Under the pieces are notes generated by a model that was not told where the DNA came from, did no database searches, and worked only from the letters and a program-made list of their open reading frames with translations. Source: Octopus sinensis (lineage: Eukaryota). Taken from it: DNA of 64,000 nt. This document shows, piece by piece, positions 25,380 to 38,699 of this stretch. The stretch spans positions 23,746,001 to 23,810,000 of the forward strand of contig NC_043015.1 in NCBI RefSeq assembly GCF_006345805.1. Direction: 5' to 3'. Position 1 is the stretch's first letter. Each line of letters opens with the position of its first letter. The translations under genes were made by a program, and so were the position numbers.

Positions 25380-26870
25380 CTGAAAACCAGGTTAGCAGCT
25401 TATCCATCATTGACATAACTTTTTTCTCTTATATCTGATGAGGAGATTCACCGATACTTATGGGACGATGAAAACATATCTATAGCGAGACACGTTCACA
25501 AACGAATATTGCAACCGCATAACAAAAATATGGACTCTGAACACTCAGCATTAAATAAAACAGTAGGCGACTACCTGTTTGCAGTAACAGTAGTCATACC
25601 AACATTTGGTCTACTTGATTGGACTCTTGATGGGTAAATCCGGAAGATACTGACCAGCGGACATAGCTTTCACATGAACAGTGACGTTACTGCCTCTACT
25701 TGAAACGAAAACAAGGAGGCAGAGATTTCACATCGATCGAGACTCTCTTTAAATATCGTATTATATGCCTTCGGCAACATCTTTGAATCACCAAATGTCG
25801 AAGTGCATCCTTTGCCCAAGTTTGCATACATGCGATACATAGCTTCATGTGACTTGGAAAACAACTCCCCGAGCGACATGCATTGCCTCATAAACTTGAA
25901 TGCACGCCCAAAGAAGTTGCATGACTCAACCGCAACTTATCAGATGAAAGGATGAGCGTATATCAACAGAAGATAATACAGGGATATGCAACACATGGTA
26001 TAATTATAAACAGGGGAAATTTTAGCCATTTCTCCGCAGACTGAAAAAAATGATGAACAACCTTAATTCATTTTGAACCTTATAGGGTTCTCATCACTGG
26101 CATCCACATCATTCTGGCAGTCTCCACAGAAACAAGTAGCCAAACTATATGTTAGCAGAAAGCTCGGGGACGATAGAAACATTGCTAACGAAAGCAGTAT
26201 ATCATGGACCAACAACCGAATTACGAACTCCCATTTTGAAGGATATGCATTTGCTATCCAGGAACAGGGAATATCTGAACCATAAAAAGGCACAGAGATG
26301 CAGGAAAAAGCCTAAATGTGATAACCAGTGTAGACTTTGTGTAATTAACACTGAAGATATCATCCATATCATCAGTAGTTGTCCAAAAATATCAACGCGG
26401 TATTATCTACCAATGAGACATGATTTTGTAACCAAGACATTGTATGATGAGATTCATCGGCAGAAAAATATTGAGGCCAATTGCAAAATAACAAACGGTA
26501 TGGTAGCGATCACGGCCACTCATAAAATGAAAGAGTATCCCAGTGAAAATCTCAACAAATTCTAAAGATAATAGAATATTTGAGACCGAGAAGAGAACTG
26601 TGAAGAGTAGTGGAAACCAGCTGTTCAGCGGATAACATAAAACCCACTATCACCAAAAAGAAAACACCTACACGGAAATACTGAGAAATTTACAGTTACA
26701 CTACCTGGAATACAGGTTAAAGCTGCTACCTGTAATTATTAGGGCACTGAGATATGTAACAAACTGCTTCCGCAATAATCTCGAAAAGTTTGGCTTCTCA
26801 AAAGGTGAAAGCTGATACGAAGGTTACAAATCCATGACACCACTGGAACTGTAAACTTTTTTTTAAGTAT
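25380..26870 (+). mobile_element. R4/Dong-like RLE non-LTR retrotransposon, 3' part, decayed
   Basis: FAVTVVIPTFGLLDW..RKILTSGHSFHMNSDV..LYLKRKQGGR, then FEGYAFAIQEQ, a CCHC knuckle CRLC..HIISSCP..RYY..RHD, and the C-terminal region, followed by microsatellite. Confidence 0.85.
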
Positions 26871-27140
26871 ATGTGCGCACGCCTAGATATGCAACTACAT
26901 GCATGAGAATACATACATAAAACAAACATACAAATCTGCACATGCACAAACTCCAAATTTTGCACATATACACATATATATGCAAAAATACCCTGTTGAT
27001 GTTGTTGAACTTCGAGTGAAGGAGATTTGGATCAAAGTTAGAAACCGCCTTCCGCTATTGGCAAGAAATTGAAATAAAATTAAAAAATTACATACATACG
27101 CACATACACACATACACACACAAATACACACATAGTACAC

Positions 27141-27155
27141 ACATACATACATACA

Positions 27156-27186
<31 letters not shown>

Positions 27187-27208
27187 CATACATACATACA
27201 TACATACA

Positions 27209-27242
<34 letters not shown>

Positions 27243-27259
27243 CATACATACATACATAC
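27141..27259. repeat. (TACA)n microsatellite
   Basis: Direct inspection. Confidence 0.95.
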
Positions 27260-27679
27260 GTTGTATACCCGAAATCACGCAGTGAGAATTATTTTTATGT
27301 AAGACTATAATAATAAAACCTGAAACGAGATAGACAACAGCAGAGTGAAAAACAGAAACCTCTGTGTGCGTTAAACGAAATGCAAAAGTGAATAGAGAAG
27401 AAAATTGTATTTTGGTCATAGCATGTTCTTTTAAGAGGGTCCCAAATAAATACATCTAGTGCATTCCATAAATACAAGAATAAAATGATACAAACTGCCG
27501 GCACCCATTCCTATAGATTGTACATCCAATGCAAGAAAGGCAAGTTGCACTGTACACAAATTTTTCCTTTCTTACATTGGATGTTACATATATTTTGTTG
27601 TCATTGTTGGTATTATAATTGTTTTGGAGTTACTCTCCAAATGAACACTAGACGAGATAGTTTATGAATATAACAACAA

Positions 27680-27990
27680 GCAAGGCTGTGTGTTAAGAAG
27701 CTTGCTTCTCAATCATATAGTTCCAGGTTTAGTCCCACAACATAGAACCTTCAGCGAGTGTCTTCTACTATAGCATGGGGCCGACCGAAGCGCTGTGAGT
27801 AGATTTGGTAGGCTGAAACTGAAAGAAGCTTGTCGTATATATGTGTGTTTGAGTGTGTATGTGTGTGTGTTAGCAGTTCATCAGAAAAAGTACCAAGTTT
27901 AAGTTTATAAATACTTGGGTCGATTTATTCGGATAAAATTCTTTCAAGGCAGTGCACTATCCGGGCAGTTCGATTGTTGAAGAATCAAAG
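27680..27990 (+). mobile_element. SINE family A copy
   Basis: GGCTGTGTGTTAAGAAGCTTGCTTC..GTGTCTTCTACTATAGC..GATTTGGTAGGCTGAAACTGAAAGAAGC, then the 3' tail GGGTCGATTTATTCG..TCAAGGCAGTGC. Confidence 0.8.
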
Positions 27991-27994
27991 AAAA

Positions 27995-29160
27995 TCGATG
28001 GCAAAAGAAGAATGAAGGCCCGATGCAAAGCAAAGACGTAATGGTATTGTTGACAGACTAGGTTTGTAAAGGGGCTAGATGGGGAAGTGGGAGGGATTAA
28101 CGTAAGGGAGTTTTACATTAGATAGAATAAGATAAATGGAGTCTAAAGCCCTTTAGGGCAATGGATGTGATATAGAAGTCGATACGGGAGGAGTTAAACT
28201 TCAACTGATCAGAGATGCGTTAATTATACAAGACTAATATTATTAATATTTCTGAAAGAACAAGTTAATTGGCAATACATAAAAAAGTAGATGAGAATGT
28301 AAGTTTTATTAGGTTAAAGTAGAGCGAATTATAACACATAGAGACGAATGAGTTAAGAAATAATAAATACTGTAATAAATGATAGAATAAAATAAATAAA
28401 CAAAAAAGGTGAGTAAAAAAATTCTTGTAAGGTAAATTATAAACATAGTTTTATTGGTGTATGATTATAATAGGTGCTAAGTAAATTGTAAGAAAGTTGA
28501 GGTGCGGAAACGTGAATTAATGGAAGAGTATATTCCATAAATTAATTAAAATAAAGAAAAATGATGATGAAGTAGATTTAGTAGCCTGATTGAAATTTAA
28601 TTTACACCCTATCATAACAAAACATCCATGAAAATAAGTGTTAGGTTGTTATAAAGAAACAGTTGTTTACAGCATTAGGTCTTGTGGTAAAATCTAATAG
28701 ATGTGACGAATCAGTGGACACTAAAGGAAAAAGCTTGACGTTTGTTACTTAATTATTGTGATGCGAATGGGTAGGTATTACATTAGGTATAATCCAGGTG
28801 ATAGATTTGAATCAATGGAGGGGAGAGAGAGGAAAGAATCTATAAAAAGGAAATAAAGACAATAGAAGAAACAAATACGACGACAAGCTAATAAAGTAAG
28901 CAATAAACCTTATGACATATCTGAACTGCATATCAAAGAAAATATACTGGTAGGTAATTATACATGGGTAGTTGTCCTACAGCATCTGGACTTGTGGTAA
29001 AATCTGACCATGGGAGAATCTCCCGTGATACTGCTTTATGTATCCTGGTTTATGGAAGAGTGTATGGAGAGATTCTTTGAAAGGTAACCTAAACGGAGCG
29101 TTTTGCCCTATGCATTGATCAGAGTCAATAATGGACCAAGTTACATGGTGTGGTGAGATC
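27995..29160 (-). mobile_element. Probable Penelope-like element remnant, very decayed
   Basis: Purine-rich plus strand as in the other PLE remnants here. Weak C-terminal-like SIALKG segment (~28150-28175, minus). Internal ~36-bp repeat at 28661-28695 and 28970-29005. Confidence 0.3.
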
Positions 29161-29912
29161 TTTTCTTAAGAAATGTAAATGTTCTGCGAAAGAAGTCGGT
29201 TTACTATGTTTCATGACTGAAGGAGGTTAAATGCGCTGTAATATTGGTGGAGTTTTGAAGTCCCAAGTACTGAGCACTTATACATAACATTAAATATTTT
29301 GCAGTGACATTATTTTTGTCCCATATTTTGTGTTACATCGGGATCTATTCAGCTCATTAGTCTTTCTGTTCATACATTTTATAATTAGTATAATGATAAA
29401 ATGTATGATTAAGTTAGGGCGATATGATTTTCACTCCGCGTATGCACAATTTTCAATATCATCAATGTCATGACTACATGTATTGATGCTTGGTGACCGG
29501 TACTTACCAGGAGAACGTCGTTTCGCTAAAGTCCACCGTGGATTGCAGGGAAGAATACTCGAAGTTCGTGAAGGGGATACTGCTAGATAAGGTGTGTGAT
29601 GAGTGGACACTGAGGAATTTATGGTTATGTCGAAAAGATCATTATTAATAACAACAAGAATTGTACTTGATTCAGGAATAGGGATAACATCATCATCCGC
29701 GAGAGCAATGTCACATAAACCTTTTCAGTCTCACTCACACACACAGGCAAATACATACATACTTACATATACACATACATATATACATGATGGCCATCCA
29801 CTCGTGATCATTGGAAGACCATCGGTGCCCTTCAGGAACATTGTGCGCTCTAAGAGCCCTGCTCTTGATAAGAATACACAAGTGCAAACATTGCAAACCA
29901 AGCTTTCTCCAT

Positions 29913-29964
<52 letters not shown>

Positions 29965-30010
29965 CATAAATATGTGTCTAGGCATGCACGAATGTCTGTG
30001 CGCGCGCGCG

Positions 30011-30048
<38 letters not shown>

Positions 30049-30061
30049 ACAGAAATATAGA

Positions 30062-30150
30062 TTTCAAATTTTGACACAAGAGCAGACATTTCGCGGGAGG
30101 GGTTAAGTCGATCATATTTACCCCAATATTGAACTGATACTTATTTTATG
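30062..30150 (-). mobile_element. SINE family B variant fragment
   Basis: TTTTGACACAAG..GGGAGGGGTTAAGTCGATCATATTTACCCC..TGATACTTATTTTAT matches the reverse complement of the B-family 3' half. Similar fragments occur at 7105-7200, 32340-32440, 34615-34680 and 50215-50640. Confidence 0.55.
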
Positions 30151-30324
30151 GAGCCGGACAAGATAATGGGCAATGTGTATCGCGACAGCATTTGAATTGG
30201 GAGAAATGGGGAGAAATGACGTTAAACATTTTACTCCACACAGTGACGATTCTGACAAATCACCGCATAGTATGTAACAGAGGTGTAAATCACACACATA
30301 TATGTATATGTAGATATAAAGAGA

Positions 30325-30581
30325 TATTTGCCTGTACGTGTGTTTGTGCTTGTGTGTGTGTGTGTGTTTGTGCGTGTGCGTGTTTGTGTGTTGTGTGTGT
30401 GTTTGTGTTTTTGCGTGTGTGTGTGTATTTGTGTCTTTGTGCTTGTGTTTATGTCTGTGTGTGTCTGTGTTTTTGTGTCTGTGTGTGTGTGTTTGTGTGT
30501 GTCTGTGTTTGTGTGCGTTTGTGTTTTTTTGTGTGTATTTTTGTGTGTGTGTGTTTGCGATTGTGTGTGTGTGTGTGCGCA

Positions 30582-30612
<31 letters not shown>

Positions 30613-30625
30613 ATGTGTGATTGTG
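30325..30625. repeat. Degenerate (TG)n tract
   Basis: Source of the CV/HT ORFs. Confidence 0.95.
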
Positions 30626-30982
30626 TTTGTCTGAGTATGTTTGTCTGCGAGTTTGTATGTATATCAATGTCACTCCCACAACACTAGGAAAGAAAGTAAC
30701 CTTTCAGAAACACGATATATATATATTTTTTCAATCTACATTTTTATCTGAAATTCTTAAAAAAAACACAAACGTTGTCATTTTTTAAAGGTAGATTTAT
30801 TCGTAGTTGAATGTTATGCAGAAAATGTGATGACAGTTTGACGATGTTTTTTGAACAGGTAGTAAACGACAGTTTAAGAGATAACATTTTTTATATATTT
30901 TTCTGGTGGAATAAAAACAACCTTATACACAATATATGAATAATCATAAAACATTAAAACAATAAGGTATAGCCATTTATTT

Positions 30983-31002
30983 TTATTATTATTATTATTA
31001 TA

Positions 31003-31038
<36 letters not shown>

Positions 31039-31090
31039 ATTATTATTATTATTATTATTATTATCATTATTATTAATATTATTATTATTA

Positions 31091-31164
<74 letters not shown>

Positions 31165-31265
31165 GTTGTTGTTGTTGATGTTGTTGATATTGTTGTTGTT
31201 GATGTTATTTTATTATCATTATTATTATTATTATTATTATTATTACAATCATCATCATCATCATC
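30983..31265. repeat. Compound (ATT)n/(GTT)n/(ATC)n microsatellite
   Basis: Direct inspection. Confidence 0.95.
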
Positions 31266-31654
31266 ATTGTTTTCTTTTTCAATACCTCCCTGGTGCCGAA
31301 AAGTTTTAATGTTCACTGTATTGAGAATGAATGCTTTCTTTCTCTCGTCATATAGTAAACAATTTTATGGGCAAATTTGCGTTCATTTGCGAAGTTTATA
31401 TTTTACAAGACTTTCCTCTTCTCCCGCCAACGCGCTCACATACACACGTATACACATACACACACACTGACATATACATACGTGAATGTACATATGTACA
31501 TATACATAAATGTAGTCCTCAAACCATGCCTATGCATACGAATCAATGTTACGTAGCGTTTCGCAAATAAAATAGTTATTAATATTATCAACTTCACTAA
31601 CATCCTCATTGCCATCATCATCGTCAGCGTCATCATTATCATCATCATCATCTC

Positions 31655-31850
31655 ATTATTATTATTATTATTGGTGGTGGTGGTGGTGGTGGTGTCATTG
31701 TTGTTCTTGTTGTTACTACTACTACTACTACTACTACTACTGCTGCTGCTGATGCTGCTGCTGCTGCTACTACTACTACTACTACTACTACTACTGCTGC
31801 TGCTTCTGCTGCTGCTGCCGCTGCTGCTGCTGCTGCTGCTGCTGCTACTA
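31655..31850. repeat. Compound (ATT)/(GGT)/(CTA)/(CTG) microsatellite
   Basis: Direct inspection; source of the poly-L, poly-A and poly-V ORFs. Confidence 0.95.
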
Positions 31851-33224
31851 TGTATCTCTTACTCTGCATATTCTTTTTTTAACGCACCTACTTTCTAAAA
31901 ACTGTTTATTTGCCTAATACTGAAATTGATTTATATAAACATTCATGGTGCATTTTGCAGTCACTTAAAAAGGATTTTAATGTTTTCTCACGTGCGATTC
32001 TATAATCTAGAAAGTTATATTGCCGCTGCGAGAATATATGTTGCTGAATAAACAGCCGTTACTTTATAATACCCAAAATAAAATCTGTATTTGTCTTTTT
32101 CCTTTTATTATTTCCAAATTTTATATCGACATTACTTACGTAGAATTCCTCATTTTCACAATCTTTTTCAAAAGATTTGGTACGAGGATCTAAGATCTAA
32201 TTGCCTACTAATATCTACACATATATAACAATATAAAATTGTTTTTCAATACTGTGTACACTTATAAATTTAATGCTAATTGATTGTTGATATTTATTCA
32301 CATTCAGAAGCTTGTAGATATTTATTCACATCGAGGAGGTGGCTGAAATCTTAGCACACCGGACAAAATGCATTGCGACATTTCACCTTATTTTGTGTTA
32401 TGAGTTCAAATACCGTTGATGTTGGCTTTCTCACTTACCAAGAATGGAGAGAGTGAATTTGTGAAGAGACACATCAAATTTCTAGTTGATACCGCAGTAA
32501 AATTAGAATAGCAGTGAGGAATAAGAACTTGACAATATTTATTGTTTCTATACTTGTCCCCATTTTAGAGAGTACAAGAATGTTACGCCCGTCATCAGAC
32601 ATATCATTTCAAATAAGTAACGTACTTCGCTTTGGTTTTATTTTGTTTTATCGAGTGAAGAACACCTGTACTTAACTCTTACCGAACACTATTTAATGAT
32701 GCGGTGACAATCTATTCGTAAATTATATTCATATCTTTATATTATATTATATATTTATATTACATCTTTTAACATCTTCAAAGTTTTTTTTCTTTTCGTA
32801 GATGTCAAGCCCGGTATTTAATGTCCTAAATATGGTTCTTATTATGTCGGTATGTTCGTGAATTTCCAACTTAGAGGGTATTGAATAAAGCGGTCAAAGA
32901 TTAAAGCGACGAGGAGGACGAGCGCGCGCACACGCACACACACATATAGATAGATAAAATGAGGGACAAAGAGACAGATATATTGAATGATAGAAAAAGC
33001 TAGATGAATAGATAAATAGTTAGAGAGATAGACAGATACAGAGATATACACGCTTACACACACAGTGACGTATACATACATGAAGATGTAAGACAAACAC
33101 AAACACACTCTCGCGGACACGCAGAAGCATATGTTTATTCATATACATATACCTGTAAGGTGGGCTATTTCTCGTTTCCGCCAGCGCAAGCTGCTCATAA
33201 GATATTTGTCGACCCGACGGTATA

Positions 33225-33322
33225 GTAGTAATGGAAGAGACTTCCTCAAAGTGCCCCGTAATGGGATTGAACACGTAGCCATATACTTGGGAAGAAATGT
33301 ACTCACCATACAACGCCTATAT
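33225..33322 (-). mobile_element. SINE family A head fragment
   Basis: Reverse complement reads GGCGTTGTATGGTGAGTAC..GTGTTCAATCCCATTACGGGGCACTTTGAGGAAGTCTCTTC. Confidence 0.6.
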
Positions 33323-34872
33323 ACAGGTATAGGAAACAGCAACCATCAAATAAAAGCTAATAAAATGCGATACGAAAGCAATTAGCTCTAGATTCTGCAT
33401 ACAAGATTTACAGAAACATCGTATTTATTACAACATCAATGCTTGTTTCGGTAGACATTTTCATTGTTTCGTTGTTCTACATTTGATGTGTGTCAATTAA
33501 TTTCGCTGACTATTACGCACAAATAGGAAAATTAACATTATTGAATCTGGTTCTTTCGAGAATACCTCTTAGATATAACATTAATGCGATACAATGATGC
33601 ACTGGATCAACGGAATTATCACAAGCATGGATTCATTGAAATAAATAATAACGGACAAACTTGCAACAAGTCACGTTTAGAAGTACACGCTGAATCTCGA
33701 ACTCCGCCTTTCCATAGTTCATAGGTTTTGATTTGTTAAGACTACATGCAACTTGGTTATGCAATTTGTATAACTTTCAGAGAGTACTCTGCAATATGCC
33801 AGATATTCATTTTGCATAAACACAGCTAAACAGGTTCATCTTAAACTGATTAAATATGTGAGTGGGTGGTTGCGCCCGCGCGTGTACGTACATACTGATA
33901 CCTACATATAATATAAAACATACGTTTACTATAGATTTCCGGTCACGCCTGCGCAATGACATACTGAAATAGGCTGGAGCTAGCTGCAACTTACATAAGT
34001 GCATGTGCCCCATCGAATCACTTTTCTCATAACTTTCAGGAAAATAGCTATTTTTTTTATGAAATTTTCTACAAATACGCCTCACATGGTGTTGATTCCG
34101 ATTATATCAGAATATTTTTTTCCAAAATGATGTGATGTGCTTCTGTATATATGAGTGATATTCCACCAGTTTTTATTTTCATATTGAATCCCGATCTATT
34201 CATGATCTATTCACTCTGGAAGGTATTTGTTAAAACATTATTTCAAAAATAACCATTATTCCTTGAGTTACGAGGGATAAAATCTCACTTGTGTGAATTT
34301 TCTGAGATTTTCCTCGTCACTCTCTCATAAAAAGAATTTTCACAACAATTTCAGATAAACTTGGAGTGTACACCATCAAAAGCACATTTGTAGAAAATGC
34401 CATTAAAAGTATCGATTTTTCTTGAAGGTATCAAGAAAGAAATTCGTTGGGGCACTTGTGTATACGTAAGCTGCAGCTAGCTTCGACCGGTTACAGAATG
34501 TCATAGCTCATGCGTTACCAGAAGAACATGTAAACGTGTTCTCTTTTCAAAAATAATGATCGTCAATTATAATCTTTGATACTTGGTAAAGCAATGGCTA
34601 TACATACACAAACAAGTCCCTTCGACATCAAATTCCGCCGAGGTCACCTTTCTTATCTTTTCGGTATGTGAAATTTGGTTTATTGGGCAGATGGTATGAA
34701 GCAGATCAACAATGGGGCTTTGCATTCCTGTGCGATCAGAGAACAAAAGAAGCATCGCATGCTTCCGGTCAGCAGAGGTCAAATGTGTTCATTACTACTA
34801 GCGATCAATGGGCCCGCTGACCTTGGACTTGGAAAGAACTGATTAACTTTGTATTAATAACTAATAGAAAAA

Positions 34873-34931
<59 letters not shown>

Positions 34932-35499
34932 TTATTTACATCTTTGATTTTGAATAAAACAATTTTTTGAATATTTTTTTTTCTTTTCTGTTTTGATGCG
35001 GATTTCGTAATAATGTAGGTTGTATATATTGGCGGGTGCTTATGTCCTTAATTTTTACTGTGCGTTTAATAATGTTGTTGTAATAAAAGGTATGTTTGCA
35101 TATCCGAGCAGCTAGGGAGAAAAGAAGCCTAAAATTTTCACAGAAAATTGATGATACTAAGAATTTAAAATTTTCTGAAGATAATTGATTGTGCGTCTGA
35201 CCAGAGAAACTGTAGTGTTCTTGCAAGAAAAGGATGTTTATATTTTCGCAGAGAGAAGGAAAAGGATAGATATTCACAGAAGTTGTAGATATTAAAGTTT
35301 TAGTTTTTAAAGATGGTCGTTTGTGAGTCCAACCAGAGAAAATTTGAGATATGTAAGTTTAAAAACTTATTTTGAGGGAAATTTAATATAGACGCAGGAC
35401 ATTCTAGATGTTCCAGGTTTGAGAGTTATTATATATTGTTCTTCTGGGTTCGGCAGTTGACTGGTCAGAGCAGAGAACACGTCATGTTCATCTTTTTCT

Positions 35500-35671
<172 letters not shown>

Positions 35672-36151
35672 GAGTGAGAGAGCAGTGCATGCCATCAAGG
35701 TGACACTGGGGTAAACTATACGAAGCCCAATATCCCCGTCATGACTACCCGTCTGATAAGGGTACACCAGGCACATGCATCACAACCATATGTGCGTGAC
35801 ATGGTGATCTCATATCAAGATAAACAGCACATGACCTTGCAGGTGGGGCCCAGTTAGAATTTTCTTCAGGTTGAGTAGCCCATCCCGCTCAAAAGGTCCC
35901 TGAATAAGGGTTGTTTAAGGATGTTGAAAGAACCACCCATGTTTCCAGAGGTGAATTATTCAAACCCCAAAGAATCCTCTCAACACATGGCTATGATGCT
36001 CCCCCACTACTTCTGCTCGTGATCAGAGATGCACATATCGTCAGCCACTAAGGGACATGCTCAACTGGTTAAGGTCAAACAACTGACAAGCAAATCTGTG
36101 GTATTGAGCAGAATATTTGCTGTAGCCCATCTTTTATACCAAGACAAAACA

Positions 36152-36153
<2 letters not shown>
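35672..36153 (-). mobile_element. (TAA)n-tailed non-coding retroposon, copy 1
   Basis: About 480 bp, highly similar to 36231-36729. On the minus strand it ends ..GATGGCATGCACTGCTCTCTCACTC(AAT)n. No ORF. Confidence 0.7.
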
Positions 36154-36211
<58 letters not shown>

Positions 36212-36230
36212 CATTATTATCATTATTATT

Positions 36231-36729
36231 GATTAAGAGAGAGCAGTGCATGCCATCAAAGTGACACTGGGGTAAAATATATGAAGCCCAGTATACTCAT
36301 CGTGAATACCCGTCTGATTAGAGTACACCAGGCACATGCATCACAACCATATGTGCGCAATATGGTGATCTCATATGAAGATAAACAGTGCATGACCTTG
36401 CAGGTGAGGGCCCAGTTAGAATTTTCTTCTGGTTGAGTAAGCCCATCATGCTCAAAAGATCCCTGAATAAGGGTTGTTTAAGGATGTTGAACGAACCACC
36501 CATGCTTCTAGAGGTGAATTATCCAAACCCCAAAGAATCCCTCTCAACACATGGCTATGATGCTCCCCCACTACTTCTGCTCGTGATCAGAGATGCACAT
36601 ATCGTCAGCCACTTAGGGACATGCTCAACTGGTTAAGGTCACAGAACTGACAAGCAAATCTGTGGTATTGAGCAGAATATTTGCTGTAGGCCATCTTTTA
36701 TACCAAGACACAACAATGTCCATGATAAC
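36231..36729 (-). mobile_element. (TAA)n-tailed non-coding retroposon, copy 2
   Basis: Collinear diverged duplicate of 35672-36153, separated from it by an (ATT)n tract. Confidence 0.7.
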
Positions 36730-36960
36730 GTGACTTAGTGGTTAGGGTGTTGTACTCATGAATGCGAGATCATGGGTTCGATTCCCAGACCGGGCGTTGT
36801 GTTGCGTTCTTGAGCAAAGCACTTCATTTCACGCTGCTCTGTAATCATTTCGTCAATTGACATGTGGCACCCAGTTGCACCTGTACAGGTAATGTCAATT
36901 TGATGGAAGGAGTGAGCTTATCTCTACACAAACATTTGATCAGTATAAACAAATCGTCTA
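36730..36960 (+). mobile_element. tRNA-derived SINE family C variant
   Basis: A-box-like TAGTGGTTAGGG, B-box GGGTTCGATTCCC (36774-36786), then AGACCGGGCGTTGTG shared with the copy at 56571. Confidence 0.75.
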
Positions 36961-37017
36961 TGTGGTTGTTCAGTAAGAAATTGTTGCGCCCTCATACGTT
37001 GTTTAACGAGAGTCCTC

Positions 37018-37124
<107 letters not shown>

Positions 37125-37184
37125 CATACATACACACATACACATACACACATACACATACACAGAGAAGAAATGTGCAAGTGT

Positions 37185-37600
37185 ACAGAGTGAGACTAAA
37201 GGAGTGCTGAGTGGGGCTAGAGGAGTGCTGAGTGAAGTTAAAAGAGTGCTGAGTGAAGCTAGAGGAGTGCTGAGCGAAGGTGGAGGATAGTTGAGCGAGG
37301 CTGGAAGATAGTTGAGCGAGGCTGGAGGAGGATTGAGTGAGGCAAGAGGAGAGTTGAATAAAACTAGAGGACAGGTGTGCAGGACTACAGAATGGCTGAG
37401 TGAGGCAAGAAAAGTTTTTGAGTAAAGCTAGGGAATAGGTGTGCAGAGTGGGGCCAGAGATGAGAAGAGATGACCAGATATGAGTGAAAGTTGAGAAGAG
37501 GTGTGCAAGAGTAAAGAGTGATGCTGAAGGGGCATATGAAACTAAGAAAACATGAGTGAAACTAGGAGTGTTGAGTGAAGCTAGAGGAGTGCTGAGTGAC
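37185..37600. repeat. Degenerate 21-bp minisatellite (about GAGTGCTGAGTGAAGCTAGAG)
   Basis: Repeated units with 21-nt period; explains the S/Q/L-rich 199-aa minus-strand ORF. Confidence 0.8.
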
Positions 37601-37617
37601 ACGAAAACTCATTATTA

Positions 37618-37682
<65 letters not shown>

Positions 37683-37734
37683 CTTTTTTGTGACAAATAA
37701 ATGAAATCATTACCATTATTATTATAAATTATGT

Positions 37735-38470
37735 TCCTTTATCACAGGGTTTTGTTGGTGCTCCTGAAGATTTTCATGCGTAGCGGGCTTCCTTCCTTTT
37801 CAGCTATCTTATACTTTCCTGATTATTCTGGCCGTGCCAAGGAGGCAAACCTTTTGTAACAGTTCTACTGGATACTTTATTCCAATTTCCTTTCTATACC
37901 TCTTGATGGCTTCTGATACTATTCCCAATGACTCACCCATCATTGGCACCGTCTTCATCTTTTTTATTTTCCATAGCCGGGCTATTTCGTACTTAAAAGG
38001 GTTGTATCTGTCTAGTTTCACGTCTTCCTTCTTAACTATTCGTGGGTCAAAGGAGCTTGCAGCATCAGCTATATAGCACATGTGGTGCATTTGTTCACCA
38101 CCGCTAAGTTCGTTCTGTTATGCTCTAGCACCTGATCCGCTTGGATTTGGAAATCCGAGATTTTGCTAGTCTCCGACTATGCAACTTCCTGTGGTTTGTA
38201 CTCATGCCACGCCTTGCTTCTCTCTAGCCCCCACTTTTCGCACAGTTTCCAAGGTAGCACTTTCGCTGCCTGATCGTGTCGACATAACTTGTAGTGTTGC
38301 TGGGCATGTTTAGGGCATTCGATCGTGATATGGACAATGGTTTCATCCCCTCTATTGCAGATGCGGCACAGCGGAGACACTATCCCATTCCTTAAGTTGA
38401 CCCTCCACAGTTCGTGGCTAGAGCTTAGTCCTGCGCTGCTAGTATAATGCTCTCGGTCTTTTTATTAGTA
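37735..38470 (-). mobile_element. R4/Dong-like non-LTR retrotransposon 3' end (CCHC knuckle and RLE endonuclease)
   Basis: SPLCRICNRGDETIVHITIEC..RHDQAAKVL.W, WDFQIQ.D, YEIARLW..LGIVS and LLQKVCLLGTARIIRKV; a (TAA)n tract follows on the minus strand at 37613-37680. Confidence 0.9.
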
Positions 38471-38699
38471 TTATTATTATCAGTGTTGTTGTTGTTGTTG
38501 TTGTTTACATTCAATTTGCATGTTTGTTACAATCATTTGCCGAGACACACCCAACGTCCTAGCGCGAGTGAAGGATAAAAGATGTTATAGTATGAAAGAA
38601 ATCTTGAAGAGGGGTAGTGGCAAGGGCAGTAGTGAAATATCTTCATGCTATACAATACACATTTAAATTGATAGGGTTTTTGTAAGGATGTGGGCAGTA

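Noticed and set aside
32526-32597. Minus-strand CTGATGA..GAAA-CAATAAATATTG-TC
   Set aside because: Stems I and II do not pair; likely coincidence within degenerate SINE sequence.
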